Shown here: in pieces, positions 1 to 14,495 of the stretch
How positions within the stretch are numbered: the first letter of the stretch is position 1
Layout of the letters: every line of letters starts with the position of its first letter
Assembly (NCBI GenBank): GCA_009602735.1
Contig: WELA01002374.1
Span: 47,763-111,762, forward strand
Direction: 5' to 3'
From: Mesotaenium endlicherianum
Lineage: Eukaryota
Length of the DNA stretch: 64,000 nt
Made by a program: the position numbers and the translations under genes
The notes under the pieces: generated by a model
What the model saw: only the letters and a program-made list of their open reading frames with translations
What the model was told of the DNA's origin: nothing
Databases searched by the model: none

Positions 1-23
1 GGGGGGAGGGGGAGGGGGCTCAC

Positions 24-3000
24 GAGAGGGGGTCGGCAAGAACGGCACGCAGCGACGGCTCCAGCACCTCCTGCTTTGGCACAGCCGCCTGCTGAGCAGC
101 AACCCCGCCAATCGCAATACAAGGCACACACACACACACAGCACAGCACAGAACGAAGCACCGTTGTCGTTACCATCGTACTCCTCTCAACGGCAGCAAT
201 GCGGCCGATTGCAACCACACACAGCACAGTAGTGCATGCGTCGTCCTCAAGACCAGTGCCGCTTCACGGCTCTTCTCCCTCACTCACCCGTCCCGTCCTC
301 TCACAGCGCCCCTAGTGATGCACAGATGGGATGCTCGCACAACATGTCCTCCTGCAACCGACAGGGGGCTGCTTTTCCTGCGGCTGCTTCTCTCAGAAGC
401 AGCAGATCCATGCTCAAACTCTCCCTCTTACTCTTCCACCCCTCTTCCACCTCTCCTTCCGGGCCCCGCCCCATCCCCTGGAGCCTAATCCCCTCCCCCC
501 TCCCTCTCCACTCTTCTCGGCGAGAGACAAAGGGGAGGGGAGTCAACTCAAGTGGGGCCAGTTCTTCGCCTCTTGTCATTGCCACCAGGCCATGAGGGCA
601 AAATGGCCATCAAGTAACTTATTCGAAAAACACAGATGTCAAGAGAGAGAGAGAGTGAGAGAGGGAGGGAGAGACAGAGGGTGGACACACCCAGCTGATG
701 ATAAGAGAGAGTAAGAGGAGGGAGAGAGAAAGGAGACACACCCAGCCAAATTTGAGCCTGATGTGCCCTCCCCCCCCCCCACCCCCTTAGCCTCGGCCTC
801 AGTTTGGGCTGCCAGCGACGAGCGGAGCGGCAAAATCCAACTGCAATGTTTCTGTTCTGCCCGCTTCCCCCTCTCTCTTATGCCTGCTCCCCCCTCCCCC
901 CTCCCCTCCTCCTCTCCGCTTCACTTTGATACCACTCGTATTACTGACGATGGAGTTGACTACGTCTGCTGTGACTCAAGCGTCGCTGGGCAAGTTGCTT
1001 GGGCGTGCCTGTGTAAGTCGGAGATAGACTGGGAGCAAGTTGTTGTTTCACATTCAACCACGTGAGAGAAACAAGCGTGCCCGCGCGTGCACACGCACAC
1101 ACGTACACACGCGAACACACGCGCGTAAATGTTTGAGACAAATAACCCGTGATCTGTGACACCATGGGTGGGGTCCAGCTCGCAATGACAGAACCAGCCA
1201 GCTGATTCTCGCCATGCAGAGGTGGAGCAAACCCCACCCCCTGAATTAGGCCCTGGATATCCTTCCCTCTTCTCACTCAGCAGCAGAGCAGAAGCATAGC
1301 CAAGCAGGTTCTCCTGCTATGAAGCTCCCCTCTCCTCGCCTCTCCTCTCCTTCTATCTTGCACTAACCTCACGCTCCAACCTCGCCTCAAAATCTTCCCT
1401 CTTAGTTCTCCTCTCGCCCTCTCTTTCAGTGCCAACTCAGAGACAGGATCCTCCAGAAGGTGACACGTCGGCCGCACTCACCAGGGCCGCGTCGCTGGCC
1501 GCCCCCGTGGCGCCTGACGTCAGCTGCTGCTGCTGCGCTGAGGTGGCGGCGTCCTGCACATTCAGGGCGTCCATGAAGGACGCCACCTGGACGGCCTCCT
1601 GGAACGCGTCGGGCACCGAGTGGCCAGCAGAGGCGACGGCTGTGCAGTCCAGGACCGCCTGCGGCCGCGGCATCAGCCGGAATGCCAGCGAGCACCTGCA
1701 CACGCGCATGCAATCACGCAAACGAGCACGCTCATATCCAGTACCGCAACAGCGTATGCCCAAGAGACGCTAGGCACGCAAGCACATCCATATAACCACC
1801 CCCCCATCTGCCCCCCCAACACACACAAACATACATGCACACACACACGCAGGCACGCACGCACGTCTCCCAACGTTGCGTAAATCCTATCGTGTCCCCC
1901 ACCCATCTACCCGCACACACATACATACACCTGCAACATACTAGTGACCCCTTGACCAGCCAGGGAGGGAAACAATCCACGAACAGAAAAGACGAAAAAC
2001 GGCAGCAGCGCCAGCACCGTGCAATTGTAACAGTGACAAGCTGTGACTATTAACAGCTCCTGCGTGTGCGCGCACGCACGCACGCACACACACACACACA
2101 CACACAAGCACAGCACAGCACACCTGCTGCTGGAGCCAGGCATGTCCGACGAGGACGGAACCACGATCCTGTACGTGGACGGGCGGCGGAGGCCAGCTGT
2201 CGCCTGGTGGAGCGCGCGCCCCGTTAGCAGAATCAGATCTCCGGGACCGACCCCGTGGTCGGCAATGTACCACTTGCCCGTCGGATCGCACACCTGCACG
2301 CGCACGACGCATGCATGTACACTTGCATACGGAAATCAGATGCACGTTCGTTTCATAAACAATTCATACCAAAAGAAGGGAGGCTGTGAGCAGGGCAGGG
2401 GAAGAATGAAAAGATTCAAGGATATGGAAAATTTAATGTATAGACCAGGACACGCACATGAACTAGGCTACGAGGGGATAGTTACGTACTTGATGAGTAA
2501 GATAGGTAGATAAGAAATAAGCACATTGAATACATCGCGTGAGGATGAAAGAAAGAGATGTATTTGGCCCGAGGTGCACACACAGAATCCTGATGAGGAT
2601 GTCCGGAGAAGAACTGACCAAAACGTGGCCTTCATTAAAAAGAGCAACAGAACGCAACACCAATCGCGCAAAACAAGGAGGTGCCACGAGGGAATACATG
2701 AACAGAACGGGGAATACAAAGAGACAGTGCAGCAAACGACACACTCGCACACAGACACACTCACACACACACACACATCTGACGGCCGAATGCGTCAGAA
2801 ACCGCGGACACAGCTCAACCAAAAGGATGAGTCTGTAGCTTGTTAATTCTGTTAAAGTAAGATTAGGTCACTGAATGTGAACACACATACATTGACGGGC
2901 GGGGCATGCTGGGGGCAGTATATGCAATCCGCGACGCACAGATGATACGCGGCACAAACCACATACTCCTGAATACCACCCAACGTAATGAGAAGAGAGA

Positions 3001-6000
3001 GCGCCCACGTAGCTTGACAGAAAGCCGCACATGTCCACACACACGCACACACACATACACACGCACCTGAAGGCCAGGAGTATCGGCAGCCATGAGCATG
3101 AGCAGCCCCTTCTCCGTCTCAGACGAGGGGGGCGGCGTATCCTCCCCAGGAGGCCTCCTGGGGCCGGGTGGCGCGGTATGGTGGTGACAGGTGGCGGTCA
3201 GCACAGAGGAGGAAATCTCCCCTATGGGCAGCGGGTTGTCGTCAAGAAGGCCGTGGAAGGAGCTGCGTGCGGGAGAGCACACATCACACGCAAAATCACC
3301 ACCAGGTTACATAGTTGACTTATTGTCGTATTTTTTTAGTCATTTGTTCCCTCGGTTGTTATGTTATGCATGCCATTCAAGCAAATCTATATGCCGTGAA
3401 TTGAAGAATGTACGACAAAGAACAGGATCGGGGTTACTTGTGGTGTGCGATGGAAAGAAAAGTGGTGCATAAAAAAGAGAATGAAGTAAAAGATAGGAAA
3501 CAAAAGTCTGACAGTACAAATACCAAAGCAGAACACAACAAATAGAATCAGATGAAAAAAACAACAGATATTCAAAAAAAAACATTGGGCCGATAGAACT
3601 TGTAAAATAAAGAATTGACAAGCATTGTTTCTCTCTGGCGCAAGACATAGCCCATCCAGAGGGATCCTGGGACTCAACAGGCAGACAGCAGCATGGGCAG
3701 CAGGAAAACCGGCATCAAATCGACTCACTCGCCACGAAGTCTGAGGTGGCGGGCTGCTGCCCCCAGCGCCGCCCGCGAGGCCTTCCCCAGACAGCGGAAC
3801 ACCTCGGGCATGCATGGGGGTACCATGTCATGCTCGTCCTCGCTGTACACCCTGCAGCACATCCATCACATTCACCACATACCTCACACTCGTCACCTTC
3901 ATCACATCTGTCATATTCGTCACATCCATCACATCCATCACATCCATCACATTCGTCACATTCGTCACAGTTCTCACACTCTTCTCCATCCTCTCATTCC
4001 TCACACTCCTCAAATGCGATGTATCATATCCGCATCACCCGTGTTCATTTCCACAATTGTAACCTCCGATCCGTCACCTTGATGTCCAACATCCATACCA
4101 TATATGTTCATCCTCAATCGCTTGGACCAGCCCATGTCCACTTATAGATATCCATCACAACCCTTGCCAGAACATTCGATCCCATCCGTAGTGAGACACA
4201 CTGCTATTATCCTCAGAGTACACAATGAGGACATTTTTCACATTCATCATATATAACACAACATTCATATTAGTCGTCAGACTCTGCCTGCAGCGTAGAA
4301 GTCATGCTCATCTATTTTGTCCCTTTCAATACACATCACATGCAGTCAAAAATCAGCATCCTTGTTGTCATCATGATGTCATGATGGGGCAGCAAATGCG
4401 TCACAGATCAAGAACAGCATGGCGTCAGATAAAGCAGACATGTGTTTCGCGTACTTTCTTTAACATTGCCACAAAAGAAACGTGACCTGTTCTATGCATG
4501 ATGAGGAATATAAGATGTGTTATGTAAGAAACATGTGTTCGATTGTGTTTTGACAATAAAAGGAAGGTTCCACATAGTATTTTAGGCAAGCTCACGACGC
4601 CATAACAGACATCAAACATACACCAAGAGGCAAGCCATCAGGTCATGTGCCAGGCACATGCCAGGCACATGCCAGACATGTGAGATATGACCTTCATGCC
4701 TCCCTGTCATGTCATGGTTCACATCTTTGTCCTAATGACAACCCACCCATGACACGAAACGGACAATACTGACCAAGCACATATGCAATTGCCCTTGCAC
4801 AGGCATCAGACAGAGCCTAACGTGCATTCCACCATCCTCAAACCCTAACCTTGCGTCCCACGTCCCTCTAGTGACCTCAAAGCCAAACTGCTACTTCGTA
4901 TAGACTATGCACGTCAGGACGTGTGCACTGGACATGCACGATACATTTGAAGGGCAGCACAAAGGCAAAGCATACATGGGACAGCTATAGCAACTAACAA
5001 GGTCATTAACCCTGGTGATAGACTCTAGGAGGACCTCCAAGGGAGTTGACCTGCAAGAGTCGACTTTGAGGAGGTCAACCAACAACCAGGGGCTAATGCC
5101 TTGTTCTAGAATTTCCCAAACTGAGCCGTGAAAGGCAACCATACGATGGTTCAAAGGCTTGGGGCAACATGACACATCAGCAACCATCCCCATGCTTAAA
5201 AGCATCACAGCTAGGGGTTGACCTTAGTCAAATATTAAGTGGTTGACTCAAGGGGGTGACTCCCCACATGTCATCTTTCGTCAACACATCCCAACCCCCA
5301 CAATCTCCTTATCTATAAGCCCCCGTTCCCCTCCCCCTTTCCTTTCCCCCTCCTCCACCCCTTTCCCCTGCCCCTCCGCTAACCCCTCCCCCTGCCATTC
5401 TTCCTTTTCACCTCCTCATAGACACTCTGGTCCACAAGCTACTCATTAAGTGCCCTATCGGCTTCTTGACCTAACAAAGGACAAGCAGACAAGTTCAGGG
5501 GAGATGCCAGTCATAATGGACAGCCATATTAACATGACATTACCGTACTTATCCATTTCCTCGTGTACTTAAGTATCTTGACATTGATAAGCTAGCCGCA
5601 AAATCCATATGTAAGGTTCTTTAATTGACAACTTCATATAAGCTTAGACACGTACTCATGCATACACCCATGGCTCATTAACAACTAAAGAAGAAATTTC
5701 ACAACAAACTCACGTGAAAGGACTCAATGAAGTGTTGCAACCCATCAGAAACAAACTACCCCTTCAACAATGACCCACTGAACAAAATGGAGAGTGACTG
5801 ATATAAAGCAGCAAGCAGTTCAATTGTGATACATATATGAACAGCATGAGAAGTAGTAAAAGTACAGTCGTAGATTTTATGAGGATTCTCAGACCCCATA
5901 TGGTAGAGTGGGTGAAGGAAAGAACATTATAAGATGACGCCCTGCGGCTGTCAAGCAATAGGTTGCCGCTTATTGTGAGCCCTTCATGCTTTGGACTCCA

Positions 6001-6614
6001 AGTCACTCATAGTACAAATAGCCCCACATGAAACAGAATATTTGACGAAATCCTTACCTGCCAGCTCGATAGAAATACATCTCTTTTGATGGAGCAGCAT
6101 AGTAGCCACCTGACCGGGTCCAATCAACAGAACCTGTTGGCCCTCCTGCTCTACTTTTAAAATATAATCTGGCCGAGTCAAGAGCACAACGCACAAGAGC
6201 AGCATCTTCGGCGTCTAACTGTAAGATAGCCGCATTATAGCGAGCTAGAGACAGAGAGATGTTTTCAACAGCCCTTGTATATATGCCGGAGGCAGCCCCG
6301 TCTTCAGGAAGCAATTCTGATAACTTCACCCTTGCAAGACCTGCTGGACTAATAATCATATCTGCATAGGAAGTGGGCCCTGAGCTTTGTGGTGAAAGCA
6401 AATCAACTCCCGTTGTGGACTGAGAAGGGCACCTCGTGGCTATCATAGCATCTCCTGAACTACCTGACGTGACAGGAAAGGAAGATAGCCCGGACATTCG
6501 GTGTGACGAGCTATTAGTAGGCTTCAGGGCTTGAGCTATAACCTTTGTATGAGCTAAATTGAATGGACGAGACCCATGAGAAACACCCTGAGGATTAGGA
6601 GAAATTGCAGCCAT
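24..6614 (-). CDS. Spliced gene (3' part outside window): plant-type 2OG-Fe(II) oxygenase/clavaminate-synthase-like domain protein leading into a U-box/RING-type C-terminus (resembles Arabidopsis At3g19895/At3g12940 family)
   Basis: Exons 6614-6058, 3851-3729, 3262-3067, 2293-2124, 1695-1482 and 70-24 have GT-AG introns and consistent phases. Motifs: RVKLSELLPEDGA, LSLARYNAAILQL, PPCMPEVFRCLGKASR, LLDDNPLP...SSSVL, EKGLLML, CDPTGKWYIAD..GPGDLILLTGRALHQATAGLR, RCSLAFRLMP, EPSLRAVLADPLS. An alternative in-frame ATG lies at 6641. Confidence 0.8.
3857..3970. repeat. Imperfect 9-bp tandem repeat (CACATCCAT/CACATTCGT) in intron 1 of gene 1, next to the acceptor site
   Basis: Directly visible: cacatccat cacattcac cacatacct ... 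cacatccat cacatccat cacattcgt cacattcgt. Confidence 0.85.
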
Positions 6615-9590
6615 GCCTTTCACGAAGTGATCAATATTCATCCTTTTAACACACACTTACACCGACTACCAAATACTATGCCCTTCATTTTTTCTAGAGG
6701 TAAGCACCAACTCTTTAACTCAATCTAAGCATCAGTAAGATTGTATACATCACTTCGAAGGTCGAAGCATTCCGTCATCATGCCGCAACGCCTGAAACAA
6801 TGCTATCGATGTGCATGAGAACCATCTGCTGAAGGGACCACATAGATGGTAGAGGCCCGCCATGCCCATGAAGCCCAGAATTGAGTACCCCAAAATGTCT
6901 TGCCTCATGCCTACGGATCCCAACGGAAAATGGCGCAAAAAAGGCAGCCAGCAGCCCCTCCGCGATAGACTCGACAGCCACGATGAGCCGCCGCTTGCAA
7001 CGACGATGCTCTTTCACTCCCCGTCTGACAGCCTTTACGCTGTTCGATTTTGAAGAGAGCCTACATGAGCCGTCGATGCTGGCTCATGTGAAATAATAAG
7101 GATTGTGTGCAGAATGAACGTGTAAGGAACGCCCCTGAACATGAATGTGTTTATCTACGTATACCGTCCAGAGATCCTGGGCGTCAAGACAGCAAGTTGA
7201 AACAGGTGCTGGATGTCCTTATCCGTAGGATGTTGAAGGTTTTCGCTCTGCTGACGAGGAGTTCATGCCAGGTTATCATCAATTCTTGCCCAAACGCGCC
7301 CAATCTTTTCTATTCTTCCCGCTTCATCCCGCTCTTTGCTTTTCGTCATTTTAGCCAAATTCTGCCACATTACCGCCAACTTCCCCAACTCCCGCATGCA
7401 TATCCACCTCATGGTCTACCTGCGGCACACGCATCTCAATGCTTATTCCTCCGCGGTGGTTCACGGTCGCCGCTGGTTACCGCCTGCTTGAACGTTGTCA
7501 TGCTCCGGGGCTTGTAGTCCCTCCCGGTAAGTCCCGACTCCTGGGACGAAGGCTGTAATAGCATACATCAAATTTGCATCAGACATCTCGCGTTTGATGT
7601 TGCTCTAACTAGTTTGGTCGTGCGTATTCGTGTCGGACGCTGTTGAACTTTTCCTTTCCAACCATCCACCAGTCGTTGTCGCAACCTTATTAAAGGATAA
7701 AGAAAATAAAATAAGCCACTATAGATGTAAACCTTCACATGGGAGTAACACAATATTTGAACCTTCACATTGAACATTGGTATTGATAGCTCATGGCCCC
7801 CACTTCTAGCAGCCTACCTCCCTATCAGGTCACGTCAAATATTGTCTAATACTCTTTCATTCTACCCTTGATATCCAGCACATACTTGAAATTATCCTAA
7901 GCACTATGTGTTGAAAAATATTAAGTCGTAACACATCCCATCAAGTATGCTTACCGGCTCTTTTTCCAGGTGAAAGGTGCAAAATTGCCCAACTTGGCGT
8001 AGCTCGTAAACATCATCTTTTCCTTTCCAATAATCACACCAAAAATTATTGAGGTTTAGAGAAATGCCTTCATACTTGGCAATTATTAGCGTTGACAAAC
8101 TTCATTTTGAGAATGTGCAAGTGTCATAACAGCAAAACCTGCTCGATTGTTTTGACGCTAGTATTTTCTCCCAGCTTGGATGGGTGGGTATTGAAACGGA
8201 CCCACTCTGGAGCTTGGGCATTCCCATGCAAAATCCTCCCAATGTCCAGGACTGCTGGAAGTTGGCTATCAGGATAAGTAAACAATTGGTCAAAATACTC
8301 GAAAAGTCTTCTTTGGGGACTACCTTTTTTATGTCAAAAAGTCATCAAAGAAGTCCGAAAGCAAACTTTGCCTAGTCAATCAGAATGGTTCATCAATCTG
8401 GCGTGTAAAAGTGAATTGCGATTAAAGAATGTATCATTTACCCGTCCGTACCACATTATAAATGACTTTGCCTCTTAATGACCCCGTTTGGCAAAGTTGT
8501 GGTTCAAGTCGCGTGAGTTCACATTTAGAATTGGAATTTTTAGTAAAGTTCATAAATCCCCTGCCCATGGAGTAGGGATACAATTTTGATTTGAAGTATC
8601 TTACGACGCGCGTGGCAAAATATTGTTCGATTTGATTGTCAACATCACGCTGGTACCACACGTACTTGGTCGTGAAACCAAGTAAAAGTCGTGTTTAGTT
8701 TACAATACTACCAGATGATATCATTATTTCTGACACAATCTTTTCAAATGATGATTCCAAACAAATACAAGTACGTACAGAACTTCTGACTTGTTTCTTT
8801 TGGTGTTCTCAAAGTTGTACCATATATGTTTCACTCAATCACAATTAAGTACCAAGACAATCGTGCTATAAACTAGTCACCATCAAAGGTCTTGTGCACA
8901 ATACAACAATCAAGCGTGATGGGACTTCAAGTGTTTTGAAGGCACTAGTCAATTTCAAAACCATTAGAAATAAATTAAAATGATTGGGAAATTTTGACCA
9001 AATATGTCCTTTGATTTGTGGGGTCGTGCACCTAGAGATAAAAAGTTGGAAATGTCATAAATTTGATCTAGTTTCTCCAGCCTAGGGGGTTTGACGTGCA
9101 TCTTTCAACCATTTGCTAGTAAGCCCCTTGGAAATTCACAAACATTCATGCAGCGCAATTGAACCACTTTCAGAATGTTAGAAACTTTGATTGAGTGCCA
9201 CACTACTAGTCATCAACACTTTCGAATCTTCCTCTTTCTGGAACACGTCAACCGATCATGGCCAGAATGTTGCAACAATTCCCATCTGTAGAATTAAAAA
9301 AGTGTATAGTGCCTTTTTCATGATCATTTTGATGTAGAGTTTGTCAAATTTAAGCAAGCATCGAGAAAGTTATAAACTTTTAAATAATGATCAATTTTTG
9401 GGTCATGTATAACTGTTATTGATTCGCGGTGAGCACGACCGTCGAATTAAGGAGCAGCGTCGAACAGTCTGGGACGCTAAACTGAGTTTCAATCTTCATG
9501 TAAGTCGGCTCACGTAGAGTGCCGACCGGGTCAGATGACTTAAAGTAGCGCGCCCTAGTTAGATATTCATAACATTGTATGAAACGAATG

Positions 9591-10282
9591 TGAAATGAAT
9601 CAACTTATCAATAAGCGATCAACAATTTAAAAAAAAAATATATATCAGCAAGTAATATTCATGGTAATTCTGGCTAACTTATTAATCAATAAAAGACCAC
9701 ACAGCGGAAGCAATACTCACAAGTCACATGCAAGTAACGAGCATTAATCATGCAGTCAGTAAATTCATACATAAGCAAGGTTGGTAAGCAATTCGTGTAA
9801 TAGCTTGCAACCTTGGATTCAGATATTCTCTTAGTGGTCTGTACAGAGAGTTGGCCTTGTTTCCAAATGGCGAACTTGAAGGCAATATGTACATGGAATG
9901 AGATTGCTGTTCAGCGGCAAGTGCGATGGCACCTCCTACCTGGGAGTTAACTATGTTGGTAAGACCTCGACTAACCAAATCCACAGCCATCTCCCATCAT
10001 CATGAAACGCCATCCGCCTAAGGCGTCATCTGGCCCTTCATCTAGATCACACCTAGATGCATTGCTAGGCACTTAGCTAGTACCAAATTAAGGTGGTCAA
10101 CTGGTTGTCAAAGAATGTGTCAATAAGCTAACCTCAGTTGACTTGAGCCTGCTGCTATTGGCTTAGTCATTATACTTAATATTATTAAAAGTCCATTATA
10201 ACTAAAATTTGCAAAAGTCTAATATACTCTATACTAACAAAGATCAGCAAACATTACTTATTAAATTATTACAATTAATTGG

Positions 10283-10336
<54 letters not shown>

Positions 10337-10358
10337 ACCATTATGCTAATTCATTACA
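9591..10358 (-). mobile_element. Solo LTR of the element-A family (diverged copy with a (TA)n expansion at ~10288-10334)
   Basis: Starts TGAAATGAAT and ends TCATTACA; colinear with the LTRs at 26262-26981 and 41032-41750. Flanks gaatg/atttg do not form a clean TSD. Confidence 0.85.
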
Positions 10359-10849
10359 ATTTGTGAATGTCAACACATTGCATTAGAGTAATCTGGCAGA
10401 TTTTCGTATTTTCAATCAAGAGGGAACAAATTCACCAATACTTTGACGTTTCTTTGCTGTGTGGTCCTCTCCTATGGAGGCGAGAGGTTGTCGTAAAAAA
10501 ATATGATGTAGGCACAATTTCTTTGTTATGGATTCAACTTTCACTTCTACAAATTTATACAGGTACGTAGTGATAAGGCTTTTCATTGTATTTCATTGTG
10601 AGTAACTTTTTGCTGTTTTGAGTGTTTGTTAAAACTTGCAAAGTTTTCTTATTGATATGCTGTTGCACTCTCAAGTGTTATTGCAATTAGTTTGGTTCAT
10701 CGTAGATTAGTATACCTCCATCACGGCATGCAATATTGGAGCAAGCTAGTTTGCATAATATAGTCGCAACCAACAGTTAGAGGAGGCAAGCATGTTAAGC
10801 ACGATGAGAGCGTCAAGCGTGCACAATTGTTCAAAAGAAGAAGAAGTAA

Positions 10850-11400
10850 GCCTGCCCATATTGAGGCGCTGTTGGAGGAGTTTAAATGCGTCTATCCTGA
10901 GGAGCTACCTGCAAGATCAAGTTGGACCAGAGAACAAGCCACCAATGAGACCTACCTATTGAAAATTGTATGTGGGGTTGGATGAGTTGAAGAAGCAGCT
11001 GATAGACTTGATTTAATATGAATTATTTGACCAAACGAGTCTTTATTTACAACACCCGTAGAATTTATAAAGAAGAAGGACAAGACAATGAGGATGTGCG
11101 TCAACTACGGGTGCTCAACGAGATTATTATTAAGAACATGTACCCTCTTTCGCGAGTGGATGAGTTGATTGAGGCTTGTCGGGGCAAAGTATTTCCTGAA
11201 ATTTGAATTGAGAAAGGGCGAATTGCAGACGCAGACGTCCAAGAGCCTGCTCTGAGGACCGTTTTGGCTTATTTGAGTCCACGATCATGCCTTTTTTGAC
11301 AATGCGTTTGCAACATTTATGGAAGCCATAAAAAGTATCTTCACACCCTACTTGGACCAGATTGTGGTGGGGTTTCTGGACAACATTGGACCTATTTAAA
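10850..11400 (+). pseudogene. Degenerate Ty3/gypsy reverse-transcriptase fragment
   Basis: Frameshifted pieces LLEEFKCVYPEELP, FIKKKDKTMRMCV, IKNMYPLSRVDELI match the RT N-terminus of elements A and B in this window. Confidence 0.75.
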
Positions 11401-14400
11401 CACCCTGGTAGACCAGGGTTTCAAAATTCCACAGGCCGGAAGAAATTTAATGCGTCACGTGTCAAAACATTGCGTGGAGGTGCATGGGAACCAAAAAGCA
11501 TGAACTTATGGTGTTCAATGAACGGCAAGTGCATCTGGAGGTTAATTTGAATCGACGAATTAAAAATGTCCAAATGGCTCTACGTTTCCATGACATTAAA
11601 ATCAAACAAGTGATGAAATAAAGTCAACCGTTAATTTTTTTGCTGTTGTTTTTCATGGTTCCGAGAGTCAAATGCTCGAAGTCAATCTCAATTTAAATTT
11701 AGTGGTTTAATAAGTTGTCGCCAAATAAGTGATGATATTTGACGATTTTTTATCACTGTTGAGATTTTTTAAAATCCAAAAGAAAATGCAATGCGCTCTT
11801 GGACATCCACATACGTTTGTCAAGGGTGGCCAATGAAAGAGGTTAAAATAAAGCCATCTTCAAGCATAAATTGTATCATCCACACACATAAACCAGGTCG
11901 CAAAAGTTCAATTTGGACTATATTTCATGAAACACTTTACTTGCCTTCGTCGTTGTTTGAAGGAACAAACGAGGATAACATCAAATTATTCAAATTGTTA
12001 TTTCCATTGGGAAGTGGTGAGGCCTCTCCATGCCGGAGAACTGAAAACCATACTGGCGGTAGATTAGTACGTTCTAGGACAGACATAGACGTTTTCACTA
12101 TTCTAGGACAATCACACACGTCAAGCACCAATTATGATTTCCACTACGCCGGATGGGCGGTCAACAAACAAAATTGACTTCCAGCAATTGTACATACAAA
12201 GCTGGTTGTCAAAGCTCATTGGCGGCTGTTGAAAACCAGAAACATTGTTGGCGGGTGGAGCCTGTTATTGCAGTTTCAAAAAGCTCTAGCAAGATCCTTA
12301 CTGAGTCATGGCGCGTAGCGAGATCAACATTTAAACAATTAGCATAGGCTGGTGTCAATCTCAACCTAAACAAGTGAATTAGCGTCCCGAAATCAACAGG
12401 AACATCCATTATTCAGGCCAGTAGGACTCAAAACTTAGTAAGATCGACGGGCCTCCACGGAGACCGTTTGTCTAAGTTTTAGGGCTTTATCTTGTGCTGG
12501 CTTGGACATATTGCAATGCCTGAAGGGAATGTGCATCTCACTCTACTGTTGATTTCACACTACACCACAAAAAATCCATATTTACGATGCTACAACCTGT
12601 ATCTCATTTATGTGCACATTTTCTTTGTTATTTTGAGCGATATAAAAGGTAGAAGGTTGGCTGATTTGATGAAGTGCTACAGTAGTTCACATCTATTGTT
12701 TGTATGACCTTTCCCCGTCCTGTCACTTTATCACAAGTCAAATATGTACCGATCTTTGTTTATGTGGGCAAGTCAAAATTGTATGACACCTGGTGTCTAT
12801 CAACATGTTAACATCCCACTCCAACACCCGCGTACTACTCCATTTTCAAGAACTAGATCTTAGCAACCAACACAGGCTGTAATGCGACACAGGGAAAGAG
12901 GTCTGGATGTCAAACTCTTCAAGGCCTTAACTCATGTCACGTATACAACTGTTGGTTGTGACGAATCGCATACTTTCCGCAACAAAGGGAGTTGAACTTT
13001 CTGAAACACTCCCTAATTTGACCACAAATAATAATGCGCACAAAAGAAGAGGCTGCAAGGCTAGTGCGCAGAGAGAAAGCAAATTGCAGAAGAGAAAAGT
13101 AGTTCGCATAATCATTAGTACAAACATTTTGTTCGAATGCAGGACCTTATGGTGCTGCATTAAGTGTACGTAGAATCCACACAATGTCAATATGAAGTAG
13201 TAATGATAGTCCCTATATATACAAAAGAAAAAAACAAAGAGATGCATTTGGGTGATTAAGTACCACACTAATGGGTCCACCAAACCACTAGAAGACCTAA
13301 TTTAGCTGACTATCCATCCTATCCTTTAATGCATTTACTCCAGGTCTAGCTGGCGCTTAGCCGGCAGGCTGGAGCCAATACACGAGCTGCATGCTGCTGG
13401 GCTCCTATACTCCCCCATGCAAAGAAGAGGAACAGACGACTATAGAAGTACTGGTACATGAAGACCTTTCTGCAATAACTTCCAACAGACATAATATTAA
13501 ATACCCGCCGCCACAGCCTCCTCATCCTCCTCTTCCACCTGCAGCTGCTGCTGTTGCTGCTGCTGCCAGTGGACATGTGCATCCTCTAGCAGCTTCTCTC
13601 ACATATTGGCTTCGCTCCCGCCTTGTCACGCATCTCGCATGCATGCAGGCAGGCAGGCATGCCGACTGCATGTTGCACATAGAAATGTGTGATAAACTTA
13701 TGCATCGCTCGCCGCAACTGCCACGCCTACTTCTTGACCGGCTTGCTCGATTCTGCGGCGAATCCCCCCACCCTCGCGTCCCGAGGCTCTGCTCAAACTG
13801 TTGCCTCCCCAGAGCCAGAATAGCTGGGGAGGTGACAAGGGCTGCTTCAGCTGCTACTGCCTAGCTCCACCAGCCGCCAGCTGGCAGGCCGGCCGGCGGC
13901 AAGTGCACGTCACTCGATGGTCCAGTGGGTCCATAACTAGTTTGGAAAATGAGGGGGGGAGGGGAGAGGCAGGGAGGAAGGAGGGTGGAGAGGAGGGGGG
14001 CAGGAGAGAGGTCAGCTGCGACTGATGTGGGACCTGCACCTGTTACTATCTCCTGCGACGCTACACCTGATGAGAGCCGACAGAACCTCCTGCGAATTCT
14101 GTACCCCCCTTCCTTAGAGGAGGGAGATGCTGCGACCAGCCCCAGCCGCCCTCACCCTCTCACCCGGTGCCCAAGCATTCTGAGCCTGAGGATGCTGAGA
14201 GTGGGGCAGCTTGACAACTGGAGAGAACAAACGCGACAAAGACGGGATGAGCGTCGGCTGCCAGCCACCTGGCAGCCCCCCTGCCTTGAAGACGCTCACG
14301 GGGAGTCGCAGCGCACCAGAAGGGGAGTGAGAATGAGAGCGCCACCAACTCTCGTCCGGAGAGGCAGGTAAGAGAGAGCCGGGAGGGGAAGGATTGAGGG

Positions 14401-14495
14401 GGGGAGGGGAAGAGGGGGAGGTGCCAGGGGGTGGCAGGGGCGCAGCAGCAGGGGGCAGGGGGGTGGGGGGCGATTTGACGCCGTCCTCTGCACGC

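Larger units (their letters stand above)
7800..12400 (-). mobile_element. Probable highly decayed hAT-like DNA transposon/transposase relic, interrupted by a solo LTR and a gypsy RT fragment
   Basis: Frameshifted minus-strand fragments occur in the expected order: FSVLRHGEAS (~12030, zinc-finger-like), STDGNCCN (~9280), SDFFDDFL...LLIL..LHGNAQA..SGS.SI (~8350-8190, resembling the LxHGNAxxExGFS dimerisation motif). Many stops; boundaries approximate. Confidence 0.4.

Noticed and set aside
4600..5560. Possible solo LTR or TE remnant in intron 1 of gene 1
   Set aside because: TE-like composition and short repeats, but no termini, TSD or second copy could be established.
14066..14100. CTGATGA hammerhead-like cores (also ~2590 and ~34750)
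   Set aside because: No matching GAAA and stems II/III found.
13343..14371. GC-rich stretch with short ORFs and splice-like sites downstream of NR
   Set aside because: No recognisable domain or consistent exon chain; most simply the NR 3' UTR or flank, though an unrecognised small gene cannot be excluded.
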